From: Octopus vulgaris
Lineage: Eukaryota
NCBI GenBank assembly: GCA_951406725.2
Contig: OX597819.1
Location: 88,164,001-88,228,000, forward strand
Length of the DNA: 64,000 bases
Reading direction: 5' to 3'
A program made the translations under genes and the position numbers. The notes below the pieces were generated by a model, which made no database searches, was not told the origin of the DNA, and was given only the letters and a program-made list of their open reading frames with translations. Positions 43,223 through 57,971 of this stretch are shown here, piece after piece. Each line of letters starts with the position of its first letter. Within the stretch, counting starts at the first letter, position 1.

Positions 43223-43760
43223 CTACACATGGAAAATCGGTGTGTGTTTGTTTGTGGCATTGTTAGCTAACTCCCCCTACATTGTTTTATTCATTTTGAT
43301 GAAACTTGACACGTGAGTAGAACTCATGTCTGAAAACCTCGTGACATACTTAGATTGTTGAAGAAATCGATAATACGTCCTCTGGAAGGGACCTTTATAT
43401 CTACCTCATATAACTATTTTTTTAAACACCCAAGGGAAATAACCCATAGCAACTGCACAACATTTGTTTTAAACACTGAATGGAAATAACCCATTGCATT
43501 GTTTATGTTCGATTACTTTGAATATTGATTTTTTGTGAGTCCAATTTCTGATTTTTGCAGACAATATTACTTTATTTGACACGTGAGTAGGACTCTTGTC
43601 TGGAAACCTCGTGACATACTTAGATTGTTGAAAACAAATCGATAATAGGGCTCCGCTAATGGATCCTTCTATCTACTACATATTACTAATATTTTATTTA
43701 AACAACCAATGGGAAATAATCCATACCACCTGCAGTTTTTAGCGAAGCAATCAATATTTG
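43222..43760 (+). repeat. Two diverged ~270 bp tandem units, possibly a Helitron-like 5' region
   Basis: TTGACACGTGAGTAG..AACCTCGTGACATACTTAGATTGTTGAA at ~43306 and ~43576. The Helitron assignment is tentative. Confidence 0.5.
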
Positions 43761-44426
43761 ATTCTCACCATCAGCCGTGAACTGCTAAACATTATTATTG
43801 CACTTCTTTAGTTTGAATCTAAAACCTTAAAGTCTTCATTAGTACATTTCTATTCATACATACTTTTTTGAATGTCCATTACTCTGATAATTCTGCATTT
43901 TTACAGTAACACTTCTTCCATGACAGTAGATAAATTTTTTTTATTCTCCAACATATTAATACTGGCTTCATGCAGGCATAGCATAGATTCGATCCTCGAT
44001 TGCGAAATTTCACTTAACACTTCAAGAGCGCTTTTCTCACGGTAAGACAATAGTTTTTATGTAAATGATAACAGTTATACATTTCCCAGATGCCTTCGCT
44101 AAGCAGAATAATGTCTTTGTCGTTTGACCTTTCTAACCTCTTCTAGGCCACCAGGGGCTGGAATGGCGATAACAGACCTCCAGCGAAATCATTTGTTCTC
44201 AACAATATGTATATCCGTTTGGCTGTTTTTTTATAGTTATAATAACAAGAACTCCGTAAGCTAAAGGCAGTTACTGAGAGCGAAACATTTAGGAAATTGT
44301 AATATGAAATCGGCAAAATGAAATCGACCATCAGTGAGTGTGAACGTTATTATTGCACTTTCTTCAAACACTTCATTCATATATTTATATAACACTTCAT
44401 TCATATATTTATATCACCTCTGAAGT

Positions 44427-44655
44427 CGGTGAGCTGGCAGAAACGTTAGCACGCCGGGCGAAATGCGTAGCCGTATTTCGTCTGCCGTTACGTTCTGAGT
44501 TCAAATTCCGCCGAGGTCGACTTTGCCTTTCATCCTTTCGGGGTCGATAAATAAAGTACCAGTTACGCACTGGGGTCGATTTAATCGACTTAATCCCTTT
44601 GCCTGTCCTTGTTTGTCCCCTCTATGTTTAGCCCCTTGTGGGCAGTAAAGAAATA
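44427..44655 (+). mobile_element. SINE family A with target-site duplication
   Basis: Flanked by ATATATTTATAT(C/A)ACCTCT on both sides. Confidence 0.9.
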
Positions 44656-44668
44656 TATATTTATATAA

Positions 44669-44790
44669 CCTCTCTCACCAACCTCCGACAATCTTTCTCG
44701 CCAACCTCCGAAAATCTCTCTCGCCAACCTCCGAAAATCTTTCTCACCAACCTCCGAAAACCTCTATCGTCAACCTCCAACAATATCTCC
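44669..44790. repeat. ~22-23 bp minisatellite, about 5 copies
   Basis: Repeated CTCTCRCCAACCTCCGAAAAT units. Confidence 0.85.
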
Positions 44791-44934
44791 CTCCTCCAGC
44801 TGACATTTTTTTGTACTTTTTCGTGACAGAAAATACACCTTTTGTGGTAGTTATAACGAAATTGCTTTCTTTTATCAGAGTAATAAAGCATTTCAATAGA
44901 ACATCTTTACCCCCGGGAATATAGCTAGTACACG

Positions 44935-44996
<62 letters not shown>

Positions 44997-44997
44997 G

Positions 44998-45028
<31 letters not shown>

Positions 45029-45069
45029 TGTATGTATGTATGTATGTATGTATATATATATATATATAT

Positions 45070-45124
<55 letters not shown>

Positions 45125-45139
45125 TAGGTACATTAATTT

Positions 45140-47300
45140 CTATGGGACAAATGAAAGAGGTGTACTCAATACAGGATGTAGATGCCATTCTTTCCGTATC
45201 TTTTCGTGCATTGGTGAGTGCTGGATGCCATCCACTTCACACACACCTAAATATTGGTAATTTTTTTTTCGGGACTTAATTCCTTGGTGATAGACTTGTC
45301 TGTCTGTTATATTATTTGTTTCCGGGAATTTTCCCTTGAAGAATATGGCTGTAGCACATCTATGAATGTCGAACTGCATTCCAGTATGGTCATGCAACTA
45401 TTTTACTACAGTTAAATGATGTTACAGTTGTTGATCATTTCGTAAAATGCTCTAGAGCATCCATGGAAAGGAGATAATTGATTTATGTCATTCATCAATT
45501 TACTAAAGGGAATGAGATACACGCAATAGAACAGGGGTGATAGAGAATCGCCTTGAAAAATACTATAATTTATGTCGATGTCACCAGTCTTGCGTAGTAC
45601 CTGTCTCTAAATTATTCAAGGTTAAAAGTTGGTTTTCATTGCTTCATACCATTCGACAGAAAATTTCCAGTGTAGTAGTGTTTTTTGCGTCGTTCGTGGA
45701 ATCCCTCAAAAGCCATTTTTTTGATTAAAAGTTGGTCTTTACAATTGTTTGGTTTGCCGAGAATACCTTGTTATCCACCAGGGTGCAATATGCATATGGA
45801 GTAACGATGGTTCTGAGGCTTGTTGGTAGTCTTGGGGACTTTTTGTTCCAACTCCATATCTGATTGCCGTACTGCTCTCGCATTTATTGCTTCAATGATA
45901 TTTTTTTCTTAATTCAGCTGTGTATATTTTTCTCACTCTCCTTGTATACTCCCTACTTGTAATTCGATTCATCTTTTCATGTTTTATTTCATCTGCTTCC
46001 AGTATTCTCAAACACTTATACTGCTGTGTTTTCTCAACTGTTTTCATTGTTTTCTCATTTGGCATTTCAATTCCCTGGTTTTCTTCAAATCTTCTTCGCT
46101 TCATTTTCGATATAGCACACTTTTCAATCTCAAATTATATACTTACATCATCTGAGAAAATGCGAATAGTATGTACAAGACTTACAAATTGTTTCTCAGT
46201 TTTCGCATAAAGCTTTATATCACCCATAAAAATGAGATGATTTAATCTGACCATATCCTTTTTTCAAATCATAAGCTATTTTAACTTTTCATATCAAACC
46301 GAGCGGTACATTGCAAACACAGATAGTAATGGAGATAAGCTATCACCTTGAAATATATCACGTCTGAAGATCACTTTCCCAAGCCTTTGTTTTTCTCCAA
46401 TCAATTTCGTATCCAATGTTTCATACTTTCATCGACTATTTTCTCTATATTTTCTGCCTTATGATGATCCAACTATGCTACATTCAATCCCGTCAATTTG
46501 CGTCAACAATTTCTAATTGTCAATTTACCAACTATTAACTGGTTTTTAGCTGCCCTACTCTACTACCTGCATCCTTTCTTTTCTACGGGAATATATTGTT
46601 ACTTTCACGATGATTAAATAACTTTTCTGCGAAGACGACGGTCATAAGCTTCCACATAAAAGGTAAACAGATTATAGCTCGAAAATTTGATACCAATTTA
46701 CTTTTCATGGTGTCCTTGAGACATAACAACGTTCGTCCATCTGTCATCCAGGTAGGGACGTATCCCTACTGCAGGTATTCATCAAAGTGTGCAGCCATCC
46801 TTTCATGTAACTTTGTAAAATTCTTCAGCCAATAATCTTGCACTCCATCTAAGCCAGGTTCTTTCCGATTTGCTATTTTTTAAACTTTAGTCTTATATCC
46901 ATTCTGACATCCTTTTCGTTTTGATTTGCAAGTTGTCTCACCACCTGTTTGCCATGCTGCACTTTCTTTATGTCTCACTGGCCTGCTCCAGAGTCCGTCA
47001 TAAAATGCTTTACTTCCTTCCAGAAATCCAGGAATCACTGCCTAATATTGTTACCCCACCCTATTTCTTAAAAAACACGCTTTCTGTTTGATTGGAGCAA
47101 TTTAATCTCTTCAAAACCATTGCATCTAGCATCATTTCCTTTCAATTTGGCTTCTAGCGATGTCACTATTTCTGAGAATTCTTCATGTAGAGTTTGCTTT
47201 CCCCTTTCTTCTAACCATTACTGTCCATTCAATTTTCTAATTACTGTCACATTCTTCAGCTCTTCTCTCGTTATCCTATTTAATTGCTCCAGTTCTTTCT
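45140..47300 (-). mobile_element. Decayed R4/Dong-type LINE fragments
   Basis: Minus-strand YQYLGVCEVDGIQH, QYKCLRILEADEIKHEKM..EYTRRVRKI, DIFQGDSLSPLL and FRAIICLPFMWKLMT; heavily frameshifted, probably two copies. Confidence 0.7.
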
Positions 47301-47311
47301 TTGTCTTTCCA

Positions 47312-47347
<36 letters not shown>

Positions 47348-47359
47348 TATTATTATGGC

Positions 47360-47556
47360 AGGCAGCAAGCTGGCAGAATCTTTAGCCCACCGAGCGAAAT
47401 ATTTCGCGGTATTTCGTCTGGCGCTTCGTTCTGAGTTCAAATTCCACCGAGATCGACTTTACTTGTCATCCTTTTGGAGTCGATAAATTAAGTACCAGTT
47501 AAACATTGGGGTCATTACAATCGACTAGTGCCCTCCCCACCAAATTTCAGGCCTTG
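47360..47556 (+). mobile_element. SINE family A variant
   Basis: A and B boxes plus core. Further copies at 49052-49259 and 49317-49459. Confidence 0.8.
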
Positions 47557-47592
47557 TTATTATTATTATCATCATCATCATCATCATCATCA

Positions 47593-47623
<31 letters not shown>

Positions 47624-47624
<1 letters not shown>

Positions 47625-49044
47625 GCCTTTGCACAGCTTCTAACACTGGGGATGTACTATAGTGTCGGTGTCAGCTGTACCTCTTACTTTTCGAGCACCT
47701 TCCGGAGTATTCGAGCAGTTCCAAGCAGAGCTGTTTTCTGCAAGTGCTTCACCCTTCTTGCAGCCCCTATTTGTTCCATGTACTTCTCAAGGTTTTTACT
47801 CACTCTTCCCAGGGCCCGATAATTATTTGTACCACTACCACCTTTTTCCTCGACCACAACTGCTTTACCTCCCAAGCTAACCTGTCATATCTATCGACTT
47901 TTCTTTCTTCCTTATCGCATATCTTGTCAGCTGGGCATGCTATACCTCTGATCCAGTATAGTTTGCTTTGTTTCTTAATTAAGACTGTTTGGCTTCCTAT
48001 TCTCTATCTCATGGTCGCACTGAATCATAAAATCCCACGGGATCTTTGCATTATCATTTTCGATGATACCTTCAGGTTTGTTATCGTACCAATTTTTTTC
48101 TCTGTCAAGTTCATACTTGTTGCAAAGTATCCAATGGACAAGCCTTGCTATATTGTCGAGGCGTCTCTTATATTCTTTCTGGGCTAGTGGCGTACATTGG
48201 CTGGTAATATGCCATATGGTTTCACCATTTTGTCCACAGATTCTGCACTTATCACTTTCTGATGTGTTGTCTACTCTGTATTTTATGTAGTTAGTTCTTA
48301 GTGCTTGCTCTTAGGCAGCACAGATTAGAGCCTCCGTTTCCGGTTTTAGATCACTTTTAGTCATCTACAGCCATCTTTTTTCTCTGTCTGTCTTATCTTC
48401 AGCATCCCTATGGAATTGTCCATGCATTCTTTTCTTTACCCTCCTATTTTCAGTTTCATTCGTTTTCATTTGCTTGTATAGTGCTTTATCTTTGCAATAT
48501 TTCATCCTACACAAGCCTGACCTTCTTACTAGCAGTTCTGTGGCATTTTTTACATACCATGCTACGTTATTTTCTTCTGCTCTAATGCTGTGTTCGCATC
48601 CAATAAATCCTCTTCCCCCTCTTTTTCTTGATATATATAGTCTGTCTGTGTCACTTTTTGGGTGGAGTGTCCCATATCTAGTTAGCAACTTCCTTGTCTT
48701 TCTGTCTAAGCTGTTTAGTTCGTCCACTGTCCATACGATTACCCCTGCTCCATATCTAAGGAGTGAAACCGCCCAGGTGTTGATAGCTTCAATCTTATTC
48801 CGTCCGTTTAATTTCAGCTTAAGAATCAGTCTCAGTCTGCGCAAGTACTCCACCTTAATTTTTTTTCCAGATGTTCGTACATTGACTCTGCGAGTAATCC
48901 AGTCAATAATTTCCACATAAGTGGCAAACAGGATATCGGCCTATAATTGTCTACCGTATCGCCCTTTTCGATGTTTTTTTTCAAGCACAGCACTGTCATA
49001 CCCAATGTCAACCACTCTGGTGTTACTTGGTAAATGCTGACCAA
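47624..49044 (-). mobile_element. R4/Dong-type LINE with RT core deleted, 3' end in (TAA)n
   Basis: [16 protein letters not shown] is joined near 48860 directly to [22 protein letters not shown], then CRIC..HITSQC and LQKTALLGTARILRKVLE. Confidence 0.88.
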
Positions 49045-49457
49045 GTAACAAGCGGCGAAGTGGCAAAATCGTTAGCACACCGGGCGAAATGCTTTGTAGC
49101 CTCTCGTCCGCCGCTTCATTTTGAGTTCAAATTCCGTCGAGGTCGACTCTGCCTTTCATCTTTTGGGGTCGATTAAATAAGTATCAATTGAACACTGTTG
49201 TCGATCTAATCGACCTAATCTCTCCCCCAAAATTGCTGCCCTTGTGGCAAAATTTGAAATAATAATAACAACAACAACAATAATAATAATACTAATAATA
49301 ATTATTATTATTATTAAGGTGGCGAGCTGGCGGCATCGTTAGCACGCTGGACGAAAATGCTTAACAGTACTTCGCCCGTCACTACGTTCTGACTTCAAAT
49401 TGCGCCAAAGTTGACTTTGCCTTTCATCCTTTCATCCCTTGTGGCAAAATTTGAAAC

Positions 49458-49500
<43 letters not shown>

Positions 49501-49756
49501 TCAGTCTTTATTATCGTTATCCTTTTCTGAAGATGAAGCCAAAAAGAAAAAAAAAAAGAAAGAAAAATGTTTTTCCTTATTTCGATTGTGGCTGCAGGTT
49601 TAATAAGTTCGCTGCTTCAAGCGAAAAAGATCGCCTTATCTTACAAATTCTTAGACTTTTGTCGTGCCAGCAGTATTTTAGCTTTGGATTTTGACTGCGA
49701 AAACTCCAAGATGCACTTCAACTTTTACTGCTTCTCTTTCTGCTACTTCTGTCTCG

Positions 49757-49794
<38 letters not shown>

Positions 49795-50269
49795 ATGGTG
49801 GTGGTGGTGGTGGTGGTGATGGTGGCACTGTTCAGGTTATTGCTGTTGTTGTTGCTGAATTATTGTTTTACTGGTGCTGTTGCTATTGTTGCTGGTGTAA
49901 GTGCAGTAAACTATGCTAATTACGCATCGTTCTTTTCTTTCTTTCTTTCTTTCTTTCTTCCTTTTTTGTTGTTGTTTATTTCGCTTACGTATAAGTAAAA
50001 AAAAAAAATAATGACTAAAAAGTTATTCTGTGACATCTTTAACATTTACTCTCTCTCTCTCTCTCTCTCTCTCTCGCTTTCTCCCTCACTTTCTAGCATT
50101 TCCCTTTATATGCCTTTAGGCTACATACAAACACACACACACATATACACCCACATATGTATATGTGTGTGTGTGTGAATGTAAGCTTGCATACATACAT
50201 ACATACATACATACATACATACATACATACATACATACTTACATATATATATATATATAAAACGCATGC

Positions 50270-50307
<38 letters not shown>

Positions 50308-50670
50308 ATATCTGCATACATATATACATATAGATACACACACACACACATATATTTGTGGTAATAATAATATCAATAGAGTAATAATGATGATAAGTAG
50401 GAGGAGGAAGGGAGAAAGGTGAAGATGATAGTGGTGATGACGATAATGAAGATGATGATGATGCTGATAATAATGATAATGATGATGAGGAGGAGGATGA
50501 TGATGGAGAGGAGAAAGCGAAAGGCAAATGGAAGGAAATGTTTGTGATCCAGTGCCGCCAGCTTAAATCTGATAACTCCTTATACAAGCCTTTTATGCGA
50601 TTGTTCCCAACAGGCTAAATGAAGAAATATCATTGCAATAAAATTGCCAGTAATAACATCTAGTGTTGTG

Positions 50671-50727
<57 letters not shown>

Positions 50728-50800
50728 GTGTTTGTTGTGTATGTGTTGTGTTGCGTTGAGTGTGTATGTGTATATATATGTTTCTAAATATGTATATATA

Positions 50801-50837
<37 letters not shown>

Positions 50838-50922
50838 GAGTGCATGTATGTATGAATACACACACTTATACACACACACACACATGTATGCATACATATA
50901 TGTATATATTCATGTGCATATT

Positions 50923-50972
<50 letters not shown>

Positions 50973-51152
50973 GATAGATAGGAAGATAGAAATGTACATA
51001 CACACACATGTATATATATATGTGTATATGTATATATGTATATATATATACCCAAACACTTAGAACTTACACAAAGTGCATAGGGTGCGTATATATAAGA
51101 TACACACATATACACAATCTATTAAAAAGAGTGGAATCAAAATCTATTGTGT

Positions 51153-51228
<76 letters not shown>

Positions 51229-51846
51229 CCGTGTATTTTTGTGTATGTGTGTTCTGCATTTTATATTTTAACTGATGGCAACATGCTACCGAGGTGACTC
51301 ATGTAAGTAGACTCTTCAGCGGTTTTAGATTTAAAATAATACATTCGTTGTCTTTCTAATGCGATTGTATAACAAGAATTTGGTGATGGTACGAAAAAAA
51401 GAAGAAAAAAAAAAGAATATTACATAAAATAAAATATAACAGAAGAAAAGAAAGAGAAAAATTATTATACCACGTCGTTTTCTCCTCCCACTTCTTGATG
51501 ATTTTTTTGTCTTTTTTCTCTATTCTTGCCTTCAACTATGTTCGGTAAAATATACATTCCTTCCATCTTATTCTGTCTTGCTTACACACGCACACAACCT
51601 CTCTCTTTGAATTTTTGTGTTTCTTCATTTTCTGTATTTTTTTTAAAAACTTTCTCTTTAAATCTTTCCCCTCTATATCTCTGTCCGTTTTTCTTCCTTG
51701 CATCTCCTCCTCTTTTATTTTTCTATTAAGGGTCGAGTTGACGAGTTGAGCCCCGAAGGGTAAACTAGTAAAAGATGACGCCGGTTGAGTTGATCATCTT
51801 TTTAAAATTATGGCAAGCCATAAGTGAGTGAGTGGACGGCAGAATG

Positions 51847-51906
<60 letters not shown>

Positions 51907-52496
51907 GTAGTTTTTTTTTTCGCAGGTGGCTGCTGAGAAGACAAAAATTTAGAAAGCTTAACTAGAGAGCAAACTTTAGCGAAGCAAATCTATTAAAAAT
52001 GTATTCTTTAATGTTCTTTTATGGTACTTTCTTTCTTTCAAGATTATTTATTCACAGATATTTATTTATTTATTTATTGTTGTTGGTATTTTTTTTTATT
52101 CATATGATAAAAGCCGTGATGTTTTTGTTTTTCTTTCTTGACATTCACTACTGATCTTTAAAACCAAGAGATTTTGCAAGAATGGATAAAACTAAAAGTG
52201 TGGAACTTTTATTTCATGGAACTTTTATTTCATTCTAAAGATGGTTTATAAAATCGATGTGGCGGTGAATAATGATAATGATGATGATGATGATAGCAGC
52301 AGCAACAACAACAATAATAATAGTTTCTTATATTTGACCCAGATCAAATATTTTCACGGAAATTAACTCGACACATTTATTTTTCTGGAGCCTGGACGAT
52401 AAAAATACAATTACATCCGGAGGGATTTAAATTCAGAATATAGGCAACACATCGGCAGTATTGTTAGAGTGTCGGATAGATTGTCTCGCGGTATAT

Positions 52497-52971
52497 TAAG
52501 GCGGCGAGCTGGCAGAATCGTTAGCACGCTGGGCGAAATTCTTAGCGGCATTTCGTCTGCCGCTACGTTCTGAGTTCAAATTCCGCTGAGGTCGACTTTG
52601 CCTTTCATCCTTTCGGGGTTGATAAATTAAGTACCAGTTACGCACTGGGGTCGATGTAATCGACTTAATCCGTTTGTCTGTCCTTGTTTGTCCCCTCTGT
52701 GTTTAGCCCCTTGTGGGTAATAAAGAAATAGGTATATTAAGGCGGCGAGCTGGCAGAATCGTTAGCACGCTGGGCGAAATTCTTAGCGGTATTTCGTCTG
52801 CCGCTACGTTCTGAGTTCAAATTCCGCCGAGGTCGACTTTGCCTTTCATCCTTTCGGGGTCGAGTAAATAAGTACCATTTACGCACTGGGGTCGATATAA
52901 TCGACTTAATCCGTTTGTCTGTCCTTGTTTGTCCTCTCTGTGTTTAGCCCCTTGTGGATAGTAAAGAAATA
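52497..52971 (+). mobile_element. Two head-to-tail family A SINEs nested in an older family A-like SINE
   Basis: Units 52497-52730 and 52738-52971, with GGTATAT at 52490, 52731 and 52972. Confidence 0.9.
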
Positions 52972-55269
52972 GGTATATGTTCCGACTGTCTGTGCTCCGA
53001 GTTCAAATCCTGCAGTGGTTAGCTTTGGCTTTCATTCTTTCTAAGTCGATAAACGAAAATATTAATCCAGGATGGTGGACTGATAAAAGAGTGTCTTGCT
53101 GTATTTGTTCCGGCTTTTTAAGTTCCATGTTCAAATGCTGCCATGATCTGCTTGGTGATAAACTGAATCCAGGCTATGCCACAATCATATCAACAGTAAT
53201 AACAAGATTATCATACCTGAACTTGTTGTATATAGTTACGAACTATTTGCTGTCTAATGTATCAAGCGACATGAGCATATTTTTTTCTTTTTTACCAATC
53301 CAAAGGGGTGTGAAAAATGAAATTGGTGCTGGTTGGATTTGAAAGTAGAAATGCAGAAAGTTACGGTTAATAACTGAAAGGCAGTTAATCCGTTATTCCT
53401 TTGTTTCAGCCATTTTACCACATTCTTTGTGTTATTAAACGAGCTGGCAGAATCGTTAGAGTATCGGAAAAATGCTGTACAACATTTCTCCCGACTCTTT
53501 ACGTTCTTGTGAAGGCGCGTGGCATAGTGGTTAGGGTGTTGCACTCATAATCTTGCGATCGTAATTTCGATTCCCAACCTGGACAGTATGTTGTGTGTTT
53601 TGAGCAAAATATTTTATTTCGCGATGCCCCAGCCTACTCGGCTGTAAATAAGCAACTCTGAAATGGACTGGCGTCTTCTTTAGGGATAATGTGATTTCAG
53701 CCACTCATCTGTCATAGAAAATGAGTTACTGGCCCTATGACTCGTAGGACACGAGGCAGTAATTTCCAGGAGACATATACCTTAACTTTTCGTCCTGAGT
53801 TCAAATCCTGCAATGGTCAACTTTGCTTTTATCTTTTCGAAGTTGTTAAGGTACCAGTATTAGCGTCGATGATATCGACTAATCCCTTCTTCTCAAAACT
53901 TCTAGCCTTGTGCCTAAATCAAAAACCATTATGCCGAAGGGCACCAGATTGTAAAAGATTCTTAAGAAAGGTCAAATTTATGCCGGAGGAAGAAATTGTA
54001 CAAGTAATAAAATTGGAAGAGCTTTGTTTTGGGGCTTGAGAATTGAATACTCAAGGTAAACTATAAAAAAGTTTAAGAATTGTAAACCGAAAAATTTAAT
54101 TTACTGCATTACATGTCCACATTGCAATGAGAACAATATCAGTGAAACAGATATAAAATTAATGGATCGAATCATGGTACATAAACAACAAATCAATAGT
54201 CCGTTTTCTTTCTTTTCATTTTCATTGAGTGAATATTTAGACGTCTGTGCAAATGGGAGATTCAAAATATTCACTTATTAAAGATAAAGGAATAAAAGAA
54301 GAATATTTTATAATGATTTTTAATCCGAAATTAAACTGAAAATATTAACTATCTCTACTAAACACAATTATTATTTTACGGATATCGACATAGAAAAATT
54401 TGATTTATACCACGAGCTTGAAAGTCTGATGACAACGAAAGAGCTTACACGCAAACGTCCTCTTCACATCTCCTGTCAGGTTTGTGTTCATGTTTTTTAA
54501 AGAGGTTTTAGATAATTTTAAATTAAAAACAAGATTTTTTCATATAAACACACACACACACGCATCCAAGCTGGTAGAGCTTCGCAAAATTGGTAGCGTT
54601 CATTTCGGTGAAGTATGCACTGGAGCAGAGCAGTGGCCATTTCAGCAGACAAGCTGTATCTGAACGGATTTTACGCATGTATGCACCCCAGCAACACATA
54701 TTGTACACGTACATACACTTATTGTCTAAAAGTGCATGTGTACCTAACAGCAGTTTTCTTTACAAGTATTAATTTTCCCAACTCTTTTCTTCATTTAATG
54801 ATTTTTTCAAACATAATTTACAGGTTAGTGAAACTGAATTGTTCGATAGTTACTTGACAAGTACACAGAATATTCTCACGCTTATCAACACTTTACAAGT
54901 GAAGATTTAAATAAATTATTTTCATTTCTTTCCACTACTTAGGCAAGTATAGAAGTTTTGCCATTAAATAACATTGTATGAATACAATATTTCTTTCACA
55001 TATACAAAATATTTTTGCAGCATGTGTATGCGATTAGTATAATTTATAAAGTCTGTCTGAGAAGCACCAGTATACATGTACTATACAAATATTTTACAAA
55101 GGAAAACACTGGGTAACAATATGTAAGGAAATATATATAAAAGAAAAATAGATGTACATATGAAATAAATAATGCTGCCAACCATCGCTTATGAGCAAGT
55201 ATAGCTTGCTAGCATATTCTATGCGTTCGCTGTCTGTTTCAGGTGGATATATACCTTCTTGGCTCCAAG

Positions 55270-55498
55270 ACGGTGAGCTGGCAGAAACGTTAGCACGCCG
55301 GGCGAAATGCGTAGCCGTATTTCGTCTGCCGTTATGTTCTGAGTTCAAATTCCGCCGAGGTCGACTTTGCCTTTCATCCTTTCGGGGTCGATAAATTAAT
55401 TACCAGTTACGCACTGGGGTCGATGTAATCGACTTAATCTGTTTGTCTGTCCTTGTTTGTCCGCTCTGTGTTTAGCCCCTTGTGGGTAGTAAAGAAAT
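55270..55498 (+). mobile_element. SINE family A with ~15 bp TSD
   Basis: ATATACCTTCTTGGC on both sides. Confidence 0.9.
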
Positions 55499-56004
55499 AC
55501 ATATACCTTCTTGGCCCCATCACTCTTGATCCAGCAGAACATCTAAGATAGTCGTGGCTAAACTGCAGCCCGCGGGACTTTCTAGATAGTATAAATAAAT
55601 AAATAAATAAATAAAATGAATCTTTTAGTAGTGCAGCCTGCCTGATGATGCGGCATGTCTCATGCGGCCCACTTCTCGAAAAAGGTTTCCAATGCTTGAT
55701 CGAAGAAGTGACAGCTGGATAGAAATTGGGCTGCACCAGCACCTGGATGGTGCTCAATACAGCTAAGCAGACTCGTACGGTGTAAAATGAAGTGCCTTGC
55801 TCAAGAGTACAATGCGGTGACCAATCTAGGAACTGAATTCACGAACCTTATAATCAGGAGTTGAAAAGCCAAATTATTAAACCATGTGCCATCAAATGCA
55901 TATATGTCTGTTCATTTAAACATAATATAGAATTCTAAAATATGAATGAAACAGAACGTTCCATGCTCATAGTCCATTTAAAAATGTAGAGGGGATGACA
56001 CTGG

Positions 56005-56325
56005 CATTGGCACTCCGTCGGTTACGACGATAAGGCTTCCCGTCGATCGGATCAATGGAACAGCCCGCTCGTGAAATTAACTTGCAAGTGGTTGAGCACT
56101 CCACATACATGCGCATCCTTTACGTTGTTCTCAGGGAGACTCAGCCTGACAGAGAATGTGACATGGCTGGCCCCGTTTGAAATACAGATACTACTTGTTT
56201 TGCCAGCTGAGTAAACTGGAATAACGTGAAATAAAGTGTTTTGCTCTAGGATAAAACGTGCCGGCGGTTATCGAACTCACAACCTTGCGATCGTGAGCCG
56301 AATAACCTAACCACAAAGCCACACG
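56005..56325 (-). mobile_element. SINE with a family D head and a different tail
   Basis: The head matches 3655-3790; the tail is unrelated to 3545-3650. Confidence 0.7.
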
Positions 56326-57888
56326 TATTCACTGAGTAGAGAGGATAACAGAAGCGAAAGGTAGCATATATATTATGGCTGCAACACAGACGTTCAATAT
56401 TCATGTGATGTACATAACGAACAATTAAGTTCCATTGTTCTGTGAACTCCGCGTGAGAAATCAAGGTAATTGCTTTAAAAGTACATATATGCTTCTATTT
56501 TGTGATGCATAGAGAAGGGAATACGCTTTACAGTATTTCAGAATTAATTGTATTACTTGACTTTCTTTAATAAAAGCACAAAATTTTGACAACCATATGT
56601 CTAAGTACTATCTTTTATTACTCAAAAGGCAGTCTCGATATTTAAAATATAGCATCAGGGACGTACACGTAAATGATATAAGCTTTTCTATTTGAAGTAA
56701 GGCTATGTGTTTGAATGAACTTGTAATTCTATGAAGGTTTTAAAATATATGTTCTTATATGCACGTAAGAACGTGTAACAGGAACTGTAGCTGTTCTGTG
56801 TGTCACATATGGTAAACAGGGCAGGCAAAGGGTTAAGGTACAAGTATCTGTGGTCTACTCAGCCACATACACGTTACATCCACTTACATATTAATTAAGC
56901 TGAATTTTCATCGTCGAGACCGGCGGAGAATCCACCGTACTCGACTACATTATGTAATGTGTCATGTCCTTATAGAAGACGGTAGGACATGATTTGCAGG
57001 ATATTTGACTGTTATTTCTAGCAGGTTGTGCAAATAATATATTGAACCAGCCTCTACTGGTCGGTTCAATATAGTGTTTGGTATCCTGGTTGTGATGGCT
57101 CATCTTTTATACTTGTTGGGTCATTGGAGCACGTATGAAGACCTAGCCTTCGAAAAGTCATTCGAATGGCTTAACAAGAGAATTCAGTCTCAGACTGCGA
57201 CTTAATGGAACACTCGTGACTTTTGAATTCTGCTACTTCCAGTTTTTTACTATTTTATCAGCTTTTATTTATGTTTTTATATAATGCATTTGTTAACAAA
57301 AGCGTCTTTAATTATAGGTTTCCATTGCGCTAATCATTGGCTCACAGTATTTCCAAGAGAGTGAAAATTGACAAGGGAGTGTCTACAAAACTTAAGAGAG
57401 AAAAAAATCCCACAAAGCGTGTTTGTTCGACGCTACGGTTTATCAGAATTTTTTCACTAGTGTCTATATCTTTCACCGGTATAAGCCGGTACACACACAC
57501 ATACACACACACGCGTATGTAAGTATGTATGTATGTATATATGTATGCATGTATGTATGTATGTATGTATGCATGTATGTATGTGTATATGCATGTATCG
57601 AAATACTTAGTAGCGCTCAAATGATTTGACCTTATACTCCGATATCTTTATCGAGGACCAAGTCAACAGGGTAAAGAGTGGCTATGAAGGGAATCCAACT
57701 CAACAGACTATGGAGACAATGATTCAAATAAACAGGTAAAACCTTGGGCTTTAATGTACAAAATATATATACATGTATACATGTAAAATGTGAAGGCAAA
57801 CTTTAAATTTTCAGATGATAAACAATCAACAATATATATATATATATGAAAGAATGGAGTTGAACGACGAATTAACAAAATTCCTTTA

Positions 57889-57971
57889 TTTTCGACATAT
57901 GTTTCGAAGTCTGCATATTCCTAATTGCGAAGGAATAAGGAGTATATTATGCCGCTTTCTCATCAGGAAAA
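57889..57971 (-). ncRNA. Canonical type I hammerhead ribozyme motif with extended stem II
   Basis: Minus strand UUUUC-CUGAUGA-GAA..GCAUA..UAUGC..UUC-GAA-ACAUAUGU-C-GAAAA, with an overlapping AAUAAA. G10.1-C11.1 pair, GUC triplet and palindromic stem III. Confidence 0.85.

Noticed and set aside
44669-44790. Short regular repeats resembling a CRISPR array
   Set aside because: No unique spacers, no cas genes and a eukaryotic context; it is a minisatellite.
52497-52600. tRNA-like A and B boxes here and in other copies
   Set aside because: These are SINE heads without a complete cloverleaf, not tRNA genes.
57038-57072. Small hairpin that could be a Helitron 3' end or terminator
   Set aside because: No proper CTRR end or associated element; short hairpins are expected by chance.
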